From Salisapilia sapeloensis CBS 127946 (lineage: Eukaryota > Protista > Oomycota), in contig JAADVB010000017.1 of assembly GCA_023334545.1 (NCBI GenBank), forward strand, positions 62,001 through 126,000: DNA of 64,000 nucleotides, read 5' to 3'. Below the pieces are notes generated by a model. It searched no databases, had not been told where the DNA came from, and was given only the letters and a program-made list of their open reading frames with translations. A program made the translations under genes and the position numbers. This document shows positions 11,070-21,041 of this stretch, piece after piece. Each line of letters starts with the position of its first letter. The first letter of the stretch is position 1.

Positions 11070-13295
11070 CTACTTTTTCAGCACACGTTTGCGATAATCT
11101 TGGATCGATCCGTCGAAACGCGCGACCTTTTCATCACCGACGACCCATAGTTCACTGCACACACTCTCTACAAAGTGCTGGTCATGCGATACGATCACGA
11201 CACCACCCTTGTACTCTCGTAGCGCTTCAATCAACGCATCAATCGTTTCTAAGATACACATGAGTATACATATCATCGAGTTTATAAGAAAAGACGTACC
11301 CATATCCAAGTGATTCGTCGGTTCATCAAGAACGACGACGTGTGGTAGACGCCACGTCATGAGTGCAAAGCCGACTCGAGATTTTTGACCACCAGACAAC
11401 GTTCGAGTAGGTTTAATCGCAAGCTCTCCGGACAGATTGAAGCGTCCCAAGTGTGCTCGGAACTCGTCACTTTCGTGACCAGGATAGAGCTCATGCATGT
11501 TCTGGACAGCCGACTTGGCCAGGTCGAGCGAGTCGACGTGATGCTGAGAGAACGTCGAGATACGTAGACGCGGGTTGAGCGTCACACTACCTTCCGTCGG
11601 ACGCAGCTTGCCGAGCATTACGTTGATCAGTGTACTCTTGCCTGATCCATTGACACCGAGGATACCAATGCGACTCGACATGTCGATACCCATGTGGACG
11701 TCGTGGAAGAGGCGAGGGTGCTCTGGCGAGTATCGGAAGCCGACACTGTCGACAGCAATGATCGGACGGCCGAGTGCTTCCGGAGGTGGGAAGTGCATGC
11801 GGAAAGCATGTTCATCCTCCGGCTCGTCGATCAGTTCCTCTCGTACGATCTTATCAAGCGCCTTGACACGCGCCTGAACGAGCGTCGCACGCTTGGCGTT
11901 CGCTCGGAAACGGTCGATAAACTCTTGCATGTGCTGGATCTTCATCTGCTGCGCATCGTACGCCTTGCGCTGTTGACGCAAAGCTTCCTTTTGCGTTCGT
12001 TCGAACGTATTAAAGTCACCTTTATAGTAGTGTAGTTTCTGATTCGACAAGTGGACCGTGTCGGTCGTCACGGCATTTAAAAAGTTCCGGTCGTGCGATA
12101 CGACGACCATGGTCTTTTCATACTTTTCTAGATAATGTTCCAACCAGATGACAGCTTCTAGATCCAAGTGATTCGTCGGTTCATCTAGAAGCAGGAGGTC
12201 TGGTGCCATGAACAAGGCACCTGCGAGTGCCGTACGCATACGCCATCCACCAGATAATGCCTTGGCTGGGCCTTCAATCATGTGGTCTGGGAACTGTAGA
12301 CCGGCAAGAATGTGTCGAGCACGGACTTCGGCGCTATCGGCATCGATATCTGCAAGACGATCGTACACTTCCTTTAGACGCTTCGCACTCTCTTCTGAGT
12401 CGTTTTGAGCTAAAAGTTCTTTCTCTTCTTTCATGAGCAAAGAGCGCTCATAGTCCGTGTCGAGGACGACTTGGAGAACACTCTTTTCTTCGAAACTGAG
12501 CTTGGAAGCAGACTCTTGCTCGACGTGCTGGATACGAACGTGTTTGGGGAAACCTTCCAGCTCGTAGTGCGACATGAAACGAAGAAGAGTTGTCTTACCT
12601 GCGCCGTTCTTGCCCACCAGACCATACCGACGGCCGTGCACGAGCTTGAGCGACGTGTCAGACAAGAGCGTTTTGCCCTTGAAATTAACAGTGAAACGAG
12701 ACACGTGGATGTCCTTCTCGCCCGTGTCTTTGCTAAGGTCTGGCAAGAAACGAGCGTCTTCCCACTCTCGATCTTGCTCCGCTTCTTCCCGGTCACGCTC
12801 TTCCTGCAGTTTATCGATTTTCACTTGCTTTCGAACCTGTCGTTGCGATTGAGTCGATAACTGCGCTTCTAACGTATCATTCTTTGTCTGTCGGATACGA
12901 TCGAATCCCCAAATGCGATCCATGAGCGAATCCTGATCTTTATTCTGACTACGAGCTTGTTCCTCGATGCTTGTCGTGATATCCAATTTACGTAATTCAC
13001 GTCCATCTAAATGCGAGTCGGACCAGTTACTTCCAAGTTTTGAAAAGAGTTCCGTTGCCAAGACTGAGCACAAATGCTTTGCTTGCTCCTCTTCTTCCGT
13101 GACACCAGAGCTGAGTAAAAACGGCGATACGGATTCCTCTAATGCTTCTGCTAGAGCTTCCGATGAAGACGGATACTCCTCTAGTTGAGAGGTGACGACA
13201 CTAGTGATATACTCTTGCAAGTACTCATCTAATCCTTCACTTCCGAGCGTCGAAGCGACTGCAGCAGCGACGACTTCCTCCTCAGCCATTTCCAA
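11070..13295 (-). CDS. ABCF3: ABC-F family ATPase (ABCF3/GCN20-like), 2 exons
   Basis: Two ABC cassettes (GKNGAGKT, LSGGWRMR, LLLLDEPTNHLD; GVNGSGKS, LSGGQKSR, VVVLDEPTNHLD) and no TM domain. A 51-nt in-frame intron at 11249-11299 restores LDM-ETIDALI. Confidence 0.93.
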   Translation of the reverse strand: MEMAEEEVVAAAVASTLGSEGLDEYLQEYITSVVTSQLEEYPSSSEALAEALEESVSPFLLSSGVTEEEEQAKHLCSVLATELFSKLGSNWSDSHLDGRELRKLDITTSIEEQARSQNKDQDSLMDRIWGFDRIRQTKNDTLEAQLSTQSQRQVRKQVKIDKLQEERDREEAEQDREWEDARFLPDLSKDTGEKDIHVSRFTVNFKGKTLLSDTSLKLVHGRRYGLVGKNGAGKTTLLRFMSHYELEGFPKHVRIQHVEQESASKLSFEEKSVLQVVLDTDYERSLLMKEEKELLAQNDSEESAKRLKEVYDRLADIDADSAEVRARHILAGLQFPDHMIEGPAKALSGGWRMRTALAGALFMAPDLLLLDEPTNHLDLEAVIWLEHYLEKYEKTMVVVSHDRNFLNAVTTDTVHLSNQKLHYYKGDFNTFERTQKEALRQQRKAYDAQQMKIQHMQEFIDRFRANAKRATLVQARVKALDKIVREELIDEPEDEHAFRMHFPPPEALGRPIIAVDSVGFRYSPEHPRLFHDVHMGIDMSSRIGILGVNGSGKSTLINVMLGKLRPTEGSVTLNPRLRISTFSQHHVDSLDLAKSAVQNMHELYPGHESDEFRAHLGRFNLSGELAIKPTRTLSGGQKSRVGFALMTWRLPHVVVLDEPTNHLDMGTSFLINSMICILMCILETIDALIEALREYKGGVVIVSHDQHFVESVCSELWVVGDEKVARFDGSIQDYRKRVLKK

Positions 13296-13382
13296 CTCGT
13301 TTTGTTGGTTTTTAGGATGTCTCGTTTTATTAAGGTTTTTAGATAGGATCGTAGCCTTGTCCTGAAGAAATGACGATAGCTT

Positions 13383-16300
13383 TTACAAGCTCATTTCGAT
13401 GATCGTAAGACTTTGGCAAGGATGCTGCCCATGAGAGGTAGTAACTTCGCCTAATAAACAGCTAGAACAATGGTCTCGTTGGTATTCGGATGTCGTGTCG
13501 GCTGAACATAAGCCGCATGAACTTGAGCTATAGATGAGATGTTGGTTAAAAGTTAGAAGAGGTAGAATAAGCGAGTGAACGTACCCAGAGTTGATGGACA
13601 TGGATCCTGGTGGACAGCTCTCACATTCACTAGATCCTACTGGAGCAAATGTACCAGGAAGACAGATAAATTTCTTGCCATTACGACAAGAGTATCCGGC
13701 AGGACATATTTCGCATTGAATACCGTCCGCAGAAGCAAACGTTCCAGATTGACACATGCCGATGTGACCATCGATGCAAATGGCACCGCTTCGGCAAGCT
13801 TCACAAATATGCGCTTCGCCAAATGAAAAGTATCCACTTGGGCAGACATTTTTCATACCAGCAACGCACAAGGAACCGCCAGGACATCGTACGCACATGC
13901 TGTCCCGAGTAGTGTCGTGGTAATGTCCTTGAGGACATTCACACGCGTATGCTGGGTCAGGAAAGAGTCCGAGTAGAGCTACATCTACTTCTGTTTCAGT
14001 GGATGAAGATGTGCATATAAGAGTTACAAAGATGCTTTCAATATCTTCTTGTAACTCTAGACGCGTCCATCCATACTCCCAACTACTTTGCGTTGTTTTC
14101 GATTGAAAGTGGACACTAGAAGCATGAACCATTTCTATCCCTGTTGCCAATGTCAATGCACATGAAGGAGCATCTACTTCTATGGCAGGTTGTTGTCGAC
14201 GGACATATCCTCGTAAGATGACAGGTAAGCCTTGCTGAAGCCACGGGCTATCAATTCGTTTTCTTAAGAGTATTGAGGATGTGTCTGAACCACGCAACTG
14301 GAGCACTGCTGTTCGTTTAGTTCGAAGAAGTGACGTATCCTCATGCAACGCTATCGATGCACTTGGATCACTGGCAGTCTCCCATGATCGTATCACCTCA
14401 TCTTCAGACAGCAAATGCCAATTCCGTAGCCAGCCTGTTTCATGTGATTCAAAAGGAGGTAGAACAGGGTTTACCGTCGAGCATGCTGGTGGTGGTGAAG
14501 ATACAATCACCTGTATGCTTATAAGACCAGGCAGACCTATGACTATCATAGCACTGGAAACAGATCTGGGAATAGCAGTCAAGGACAATATCACTGACGG
14601 CAATGCAGCGACGTTCTGCTCATCATCAACTATGTCGACATTGCTCACGAGATTAAAGTTGTCTTGTAAAATGTCAATGTGCTCATGCTTAAAAGCTTTT
14701 ACAGCAGTTGCCACAGTCCTTGGCAGCGTTCCCCAATTTTCTGCACTGATAGTAGCCATAACGAATTCGTCTACCAAGTCCAACTTGCTCTCGCCAACTG
14801 AAAGAATAAAGGCAAATGCACTCTTATTATGAAGCGCTTCAGCAGTTTGCCGTTGCCCGGCAATGTCTTCAACGAGCGCATCACTTTCAAATATAACGAG
14901 TAAATGACGTCGATAAGAGTTTTCATCTTCGCTAAAACCTGCCTGTAGGGAGTCTGTGAGATGACTCCAAGTCATAGTTGCTTCATTGGAGCCATCAAGT
15001 AGTATTTCGTCCGCACGAGAGAAGTAGCTTAGTAGATCCTCATGAAACGTAATCTTGGTCTTCATAGTGTCTACTGTTGAAAAGAATATACCACCATGAC
15101 TGTCGAAAGTAGATTGTAAGTAAGCAATGACTGCAGGCAAGAGAGAACAACATGATTTGGCATCGGGTAATGTTCCATCCAAGACAAATGTCATTTCGAA
15201 TGGAATGTCACTAATACTTGCTTGGGTTTCCAGCATAGTAACAGCCATCATGGTAACCTCAGTTGGAGCGATGTAATCTAATGCAATGTCCACTGTAGGT
15301 ATTCCAGGCAAGTCGATTCGATATGGCTGTTTAGTAGATCGTTCGATTCCTCCTAATGGACCATTGCCATCGTCAATGTACAGAGTTACTTGGTTGTCGA
15401 GTTCCACAGATACTGCGGAAGTGGCTAAACTATCGTCAACATCTACTAGCTGAAGTACTACCTCCCGACATCTATCAGTTGGAGAAATATTTTCAAGCGC
15501 CAATTGTAGCTCAATTTGGATCTCACCTCTTGGTAAAGCTACGTTTATAGGTAAGTCCGAGGGAAGAACGGTAATATTGGACCTTTTAAGCGATACTACA
15601 GCTTCCAAGGGGACATCAGGGTCACCATCACGACGAATGGTAATTGTAGTCTGCATTGATGCTGTATCTCCATCGACCTTATCGACTACAATTGGATGAG
15701 AATGATCAAAGTAGAGGACACTTGAAGTCATAATGGTCGAAATTGGGCTTCTCTCACTACAGTCTCCTCCAGTCCAACCTTCATAACATTCGCATCCACC
15801 ATATACGCACATGCCAAGATCAGAGCATACTTTGCCGTTGCGACCACTAGGGCAAGACGGTGCTCCGTTGTTACTCTCTTCGCAAGACATGCAACCTTCC
15901 CACTTATCCAGCGCATATGCATTGTCAGTGCATTCATGACAAACGGAACTTCCTGCAGAGCTACTGAACGTATTTGCAAGGCAATCAATACACGTATTGA
16001 TGGATCCTTTATTTGGCATATAAGACCCAGGAGGACAAGCGTCGCAGGTACCCGGAAGAGTAGATGCTGTTGTCCCTACTTCACAAGCTTGGCATGATTG
16101 CTTTCCTTCTGAGATGTGGTACCCGAAATCACAGGATTGGCAATCAGCTATACTTGCTGCTCCTGATGCCGCTGTAATAGTTCCATTAGGACATGCCTCA
16201 CAAGAAATCGACCCAGATATGCTGGTGTATGTATTCTCTGCGCAAGGAAGGCACAACCCATTCGTTATAACAGAGGAAAATGAGCCTGGATTACATGGTT

Positions 16301-18236
16301 GGCACTGGACAAGTTGAAATGTCGATCCAGGAGGGCAATACACGCAGCTTATCTGACCAGTGCCAATGGTATACTGTCTTGCAGGACATGGTCTACAACT
16401 AGCTACACCATCACTTGCTTGAGTGACATCGTTATACGTGTTTATCGGACACGCTGTGCAGACTGTAGCTTCACTGAGACTGTAGAAACCTTTGGGGCAT
16501 GGCCAGCATCTATCTCGTGAAGCCAGTAAGCTCTCTGGGCTGTACGTTCCTGGAGTGCAAGATAAGCAAGCATCGCTTCCTCCATGACTCCAGAATCCTG
16601 CACTACACTCGGTACAGGAAGAAGAAGCACTGCTATCAGAGAACATTCCTGCAGCACAAGACTTGCAGGCTGTGGATCCTAGTGAATCTGCGAAAAAACC
16701 TGGCTCACAGGGTTTACAGACATCTTCAGTCGTAGCGCCATCAATAGTAGAGGCAGTACCATTGGGGCATGGTGTGCATGAACTATCATCCGTTTTGCCG
16801 ACTTCGGACGAATAAGTGCCAGCAGGACATTTCGTACAAGCAATCGCTCCAACTCCTGAATAATATCCTGCTGAGCATAACTGACATTCATTTGCACCAA
16901 CATTAAAATAGCTGCCTGCATCGCATGGCAGGCATTTGTATTTGCCATCACAAAATACAATTTTGCTTCCGGCTAAACAGTATGGAGCAACATAAGTTGT
17001 AACTTCGATTCGTGTCGTGATCACAACGTAGCGGTCTTTACCGCCAAAGATGACAAGTTTAGAAGATGCTGGATCATACGTAAGCGAATGATCTCGTCTC
17101 CTTGACTTGTAAAGTGATGTCTGACGAAGCTGAATCCATTGCGTGGCATTCGTGTTGAGTTCCCATACATCGTCTAGAAAATCATTTGGGAAGACGGAGG
17201 AGCCTCCAGCAAGTGTGATTCTTCCGTCATCTATGTACACAAAGTGAGTTCCAAACCGAGGACCTGGTGTGGGGTCACTAGGTGATAATAGTTCCCAGAT
17301 ATAGGCCTGTCTTTCTATAGGAAGCTCCGAAGTGTCTGGACCAGGACAAAGTTTCCATAGGTCACTAAAGATACCACGATCTGTAGCTGAGCTTTTACCA
17401 CCGTACATAATAAGACAGGATGCAGCATTTGTTTTAAAATTTATGGAAGTCGCCATTGCACTGTGGAAGGCTCGTGGAGAGGGTAGAGCAGAGCTGTTGG
17501 AAATGTTTAGAGCATGCCAAGATACAGCAGGACTACGTTTTGAACAGTCATCACCGGAATACCGCGTTATAAGAGCAAGATACACATCATTCAGCTCGAT
17601 GTAGTCCTCGTTTAGTCCTCCAAAGACGATCCCACCTATATGGGAATCATTGGAACTGATTGGTGTGAAAGAGTGACCAGTACGTCGCTCTGGATAACCA
17701 TCCGGATTATCCTCTTCTTTGACTTCTGGCACGAGCTCGTCCCAAACGGCTTTAGACGTACCCTCCTTTAAGCATAGACGCCAAAGGTCATTTAAGAACT
17801 CTTGTTGCCGTCCACCAAAGACAAAAATGGCGTTGTTGGCATTAGATGTGAAGGAAGCATGATCCGTTCGACTAGCAGGTGAAACAAATACATCATCGTA
17901 GACAGCATTATTAGCAGGTGCTGTCGAGGAAAGTATTTCTTCCTGCGGGCTTGTAAACTGGTTTGCTTTAAAATCAAAGACTAGTATCGGGAAATCCGTA
18001 ACAGGTTGAGTAGCCTCTATTTCAATACCACCAATAATCACAATGTTCGAAGATGCTGCATGTAGTTCAGCTGTGTGTGATATACGTGTAAATGATTCTT
18101 CACCCTCAATCTCTGTCCAATCTAATGACTCATGACTGTCTTCAGCGATTCTTAATTTTCCGCAATCGTACTCACTAGCAAGGGAAGTAGCGACGAAGGA
18201 AATCACGATAAAGCAGAATGTTGTGTGATAATGCAT
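13383..18236 (-). CDS. Large secreted mosaic protein: signal peptide, Kelch repeats, GCC2/GCC3-type Cys-rich repeats, EGF, Calx-beta-like, vWA-like, beta-sandwich, further Cys repeats
   Basis: First ATG at 18236 gives MHYHTTFCFIVISFVATSLA (signal-like). Kelch GG..W motifs (FVFGGRQQEFLNDLWRL), many CxxCxxGxY/F repeats and EGF CECYEGWTGGDCS are present. A probable 57-nt in-frame intron lies at 13528-13584. The ORF-track start at 18275 is TTG. Confidence 0.85.
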   Translation of the reverse strand: MHYHTTFCFIVISFVATSLASEYDCGKLRIAEDSHESLDWTEIEGEESFTRISHTAELHAASSNIVIIGGIEIEATQPVTDFPILVFDFKANQFTSPQEEILSSTAPANNAVYDDVFVSPASRTDHASFTSNANNAIFVFGGRQQEFLNDLWRLCLKEGTSKAVWDELVPEVKEEDNPDGYPERRTGHSFTPISSNDSHIGGIVFGGLNEDYIELNDVYLALITRYSGDDCSKRSPAVSWHALNISNSSALPSPRAFHSAMATSINFKTNAASCLIMYGGKSSATDRGIFSDLWKLCPGPDTSELPIERQAYIWELLSPSDPTPGPRFGTHFVYIDDGRITLAGGSSVFPNDFLDDVWELNTNATQWIQLRQTSLYKSRRRDHSLTYDPASSKLVIFGGKDRYVVITTRIEVTTYVAPYCLAGSKIVFCDGKYKCLPCDAGSYFNVGANECQLCSAGYYSGVGAIACTKCPAGTYSSEVGKTDDSSCTPCPNGTASTIDGATTEDVCKPCEPGFFADSLGSTACKSCAAGMFSDSSASSSCTECSAGFWSHGGSDACLSCTPGTYSPESLLASRDRCWPCPKGFYSLSEATVCTACPINTYNDVTQASDGVASCRPCPARQYTIGTGQISCVYCPPGSTFQLVQCQPCNPGSFSSVITNGLCLPCAENTYTSISGSISCEACPNGTITAASGAASIADCQSCDFGYHISEGKQSCQACEVGTTASTLPGTCDACPPGSYMPNKGSINTCIDCLANTFSSSAGSSVCHECTDNAYALDKWEGCMSCEESNNGAPSCPSGRNGKVCSDLGMCVYGGCECYEGWTGGDCSERSPISTIMTSSVLYFDHSHPIVVDKVDGDTASMQTTITIRRDGDPDVPLEAVVSLKRSNITVLPSDLPINVALPRGEIQIELQLALENISPTDRCREVVLQLVDVDDSLATSAVSVELDNQVTLYIDDGNGPLGGIERSTKQPYRIDLPGIPTVDIALDYIAPTEVTMMAVTMLETQASISDIPFEMTFVLDGTLPDAKSCCSLLPAVIAYLQSTFDSHGGIFFSTVDTMKTKITFHEDLLSYFSRADEILLDGSNEATMTWSHLTDSLQAGFSEDENSYRRHLLVIFESDALVEDIAGQRQTAEALHNKSAFAFILSVGESKLDLVDEFVMATISAENWGTLPRTVATAVKAFKHEHIDILQDNFNLVSNVDIVDDEQNVAALPSVILSLTAIPRSVSSAMIVIGLPGLISIQVIVSSPPPACSTVNPVLPPFESHETGWLRNWHLLSEDEVIRSWETASDPSASIALHEDTSLLRTKRTAVLQLRGSDTSSILLRKRIDSPWLQQGLPVILRGYVRRQQPAIEVDAPSCALTLATGIEMVHASSVHFQSKTTQSSWEYGWTRLELQEDIESIFVTLICTSSSTETEVDVALLGLFPDPAYACECPQGHYHDTTRDSMCVRCPGGSLCVAGMKNVCPSGYFSFGEAHICEACRSGAICIDGHIGMCQSGTFASADGIQCEICPAGYSCRNGKKFICLPGTFAPVGSSECESCPPGSMSINSGYVHSLILPLLTFNQHLIYSSSSCGLCSADTTSEYQRDHCSSCLLGEVTTSHGQHPCQSLTIIEMSL

Positions 18237-18317
18237 TTCTACATGCAATTGATTTGATGCCAACCGTTCCGACAAGTTGCAAATGAGGTAGCTAGAAAGC
18301 GTTTTGTCATTCTTCTT

Positions 18318-20923
18318 ATGGATGTGTATGTAAGATTGAGACGTTTCACCTAAGCTGAAAAAGCACCATTCAGAAGGTGTTTCAATTGAATATGACTGTC
18401 ATCGCCGAGTCCGAGCGTATTGATCTATTGGAGGAGCAACTGAAGCAAAGCAAGCGAGAGAATGAACATCATATCGCGGAGATCCATGCCAAGCATATCT
18501 TGCTTACTCGCAAAGGCGAGCGGATTGAAGAATTACTACAAGAGCTCACCGATCGAGATGCTCAAATATCTTCCTTGTCCATGCAATGTGAGAACCAAAA
18601 GGAATCGGTACTGCAAGCAAATGAACGTATTCAAATGTTTGAAGAAGAAAATGAAATGATACATGCAACTCTAGCATCAGTTCAGGCTGATCGGGAGAAG
18701 CTTGCACAGTCTGAGGCTAATCTTAAACACGAGCTGGCAACTTCGATCAAAGCACTCTCGCGTCGAAGGGAGGTCAAAACGCCATCGACGCCATCTCATA
18801 GGCCAACTCGAAAACTTGAGAAGGCTGACGTGTGCCTATCCCCACGAAGTTTCTCCGAGAATCAACTCATTGCGTTGCGTGACGAGGCGATCGAAGCAAA
18901 AACAAAGGAAGTTTGGATCTTGTCTGGTCAGAATAACCGTTTAATGGTGCAGCTAAACGATCTCGAGAGTGCATTGGAAGAACTTCAGTCAAATTACACA
19001 ACGCAGGAACAAATGCTACTAAAGAAGCAACGTAGGATTCAAAATCTCGAAGGAGAGCTGGGTAAAATACAAAAGCAGTTATCTGTTGTTTCTGGTCAGC
19101 ATCAAGCCCTCGATATCGCAGCAGCACAAAATACTTCTTTATTACGTGCATTGGAAACCCAGGAACATACAAAGACAGACATTCAAGCAAAGCTCGCTTT
19201 AGTAGAAGAGGAACGAGATGCTTTACGTACTGAAGTGCAAAAGTATCATTTAAAGCTTTCCACAGCTGAAGCAGAGACGTTTGTTTCGGCAACAAAAGCG
19301 GAACATTCAAGCACATCGTTACAACAAGTTCAACAGAAATGGCTACAGGAGCGACAAAGTTTGCGAGAAGAATTGGCAGAAGTGCGCCTGCAACATCAAG
19401 TTGAGCTCGAACATGTTCGCAGTGAGTTAGTGATGCGACGGAACAAGCAATACGATCTGACGCTACGGTTGCAAAACGTAGAAGCAGAGTTACAGGAAGT
19501 AAAAGATGTACTGGAGGCAACAGAGCAAAAGTTATGTTACAGGGAGAGCTGTCTTCAGGAGACAACACGATCGCTCCAGGCATCTATTGAGAAAAACAGG
19601 GCATTAGAGACAGAGGCAGCTGATACTAAAAGTAAATTGGCAAGTACGATAGAAACGCATGAGAGCTTTTTATCTGATAAAGATCAAGAAATGAAGGTAC
19701 TCCAGAGTTTAGCGGAGGAGCAGCAGGATAAAATATCAAAGCAGAATGGAGCAAATCGCGGTTGGGAAAACCGGGTGAAAAGCCTACATGAAGATCTTTT
19801 CAGATTGGAAGCTCTGAATAAGGAGCAAAGCGCTCGAATTAAACGCTTGGTAGATGAAGCCGCGAGAGAGTCAAAGCTCAAAGAGGAAGCGAGAACTGCT
19901 TCGAAAGCAGCTGAGAAGCAATTGCAAGTCATGAAAGATCACATGGAAAAACTAATGAAAGACGCAGACGAACGAGTTCAAGTAGCTACTGACAAATGCA
20001 ACAAGTTTAAGAGTCAAGTTCGACTGCTTGAAATTGATCAACAGTATCTTTCATCTGCTACGAGACGCCTTGTTCAAAAGTTGATGGATCTCTTGTCTGT
20101 ATACCCCTGCAGCGAGACGCCTGAAAGCGTCTTACAGACATTGCATTCACTTGGATGGTTTGCTCGTGGTCATCTAGAACTAAGAGACTGTGCGATCGAC
20201 AATGACGATCTAAAGCTTCTGTGTACAAGCCTAGTTCCCTTGGCAGATGTAATGCAAGTGCTGGACTTGCAAGGAAACTGGATCACAGATGAAAGTATAG
20301 CTTGTGTAGCTGGGTTTCTGCATCGACTCTTTCGACCACTGAGAGGGCATACAAATGTACCAAACGCGTATTGTTTGAAGAAAGTAAACCTTCGGAACAA
20401 TTGCATTTCGTTGGTAGGCATACGCTCCATGGCAACCGCCCTCGAGCGATTAACGTATCGAACTAGCAATATGATGGGGAGTAAGTCGTCGACAAAAACG
20501 ATGGAAAGATTGTTTCACCGAGTTTCCACATCTTTGAGCGGATGCATCGAGTGCTATGAAAATGACAGCAACACTGTCGTACTAACAATCGACATTGGGA
20601 ACAGCAATAACGTACGGTTGCCTCCTGAAAAGCTACCATTACAAGTTATTCGTTCCTCAGTGACGGAAACGAGGATTCCAACAATTCGAAAGGATATTTC
20701 AGAAATCTACGAAGTGGACCTTGTCAAAACATTTATGCCGGAGGTATGTGCACCATCTCGACAGTCAGGAGGTCCAGAGCTCGTCGGCTTACATCGACGC
20801 AACTCTGCCGATTTGAGCTCGCCACAAAGTCCGGGTACTAGCAACAACGATAACGAGATAGCAAGTAGTTTCTCAGGAGCTTCTTTGCCGAGCAGTGTAT
20901 CTCTACCAAAACTTTCAATCTAG
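18318..20923 (+). CDS. Long coiled-coil protein with C-terminal RNI-like leucine-rich repeats
   Basis: About 560 aa of heptad-rich sequence, then LRRs (LELRDCAIDNDD, LDLQGNWITDES, VNLRNNCISLVG). A short first exon ATG 18318-18329 plus a 44-nt intron (18330-18373) joins in frame. ATG 18391 is the alternative start. Confidence 0.8.
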
Positions 20924-21041
20924 AATGCGAGTCAATACATCGTAAGCTCACCTTCACCAGCACCTTATCATGCTATTTATGGCTTCTCGACTAATGCAAA
21001 CGATTAACTTGATTTCCATTTCAAAGTCGTTTTAACGATCG

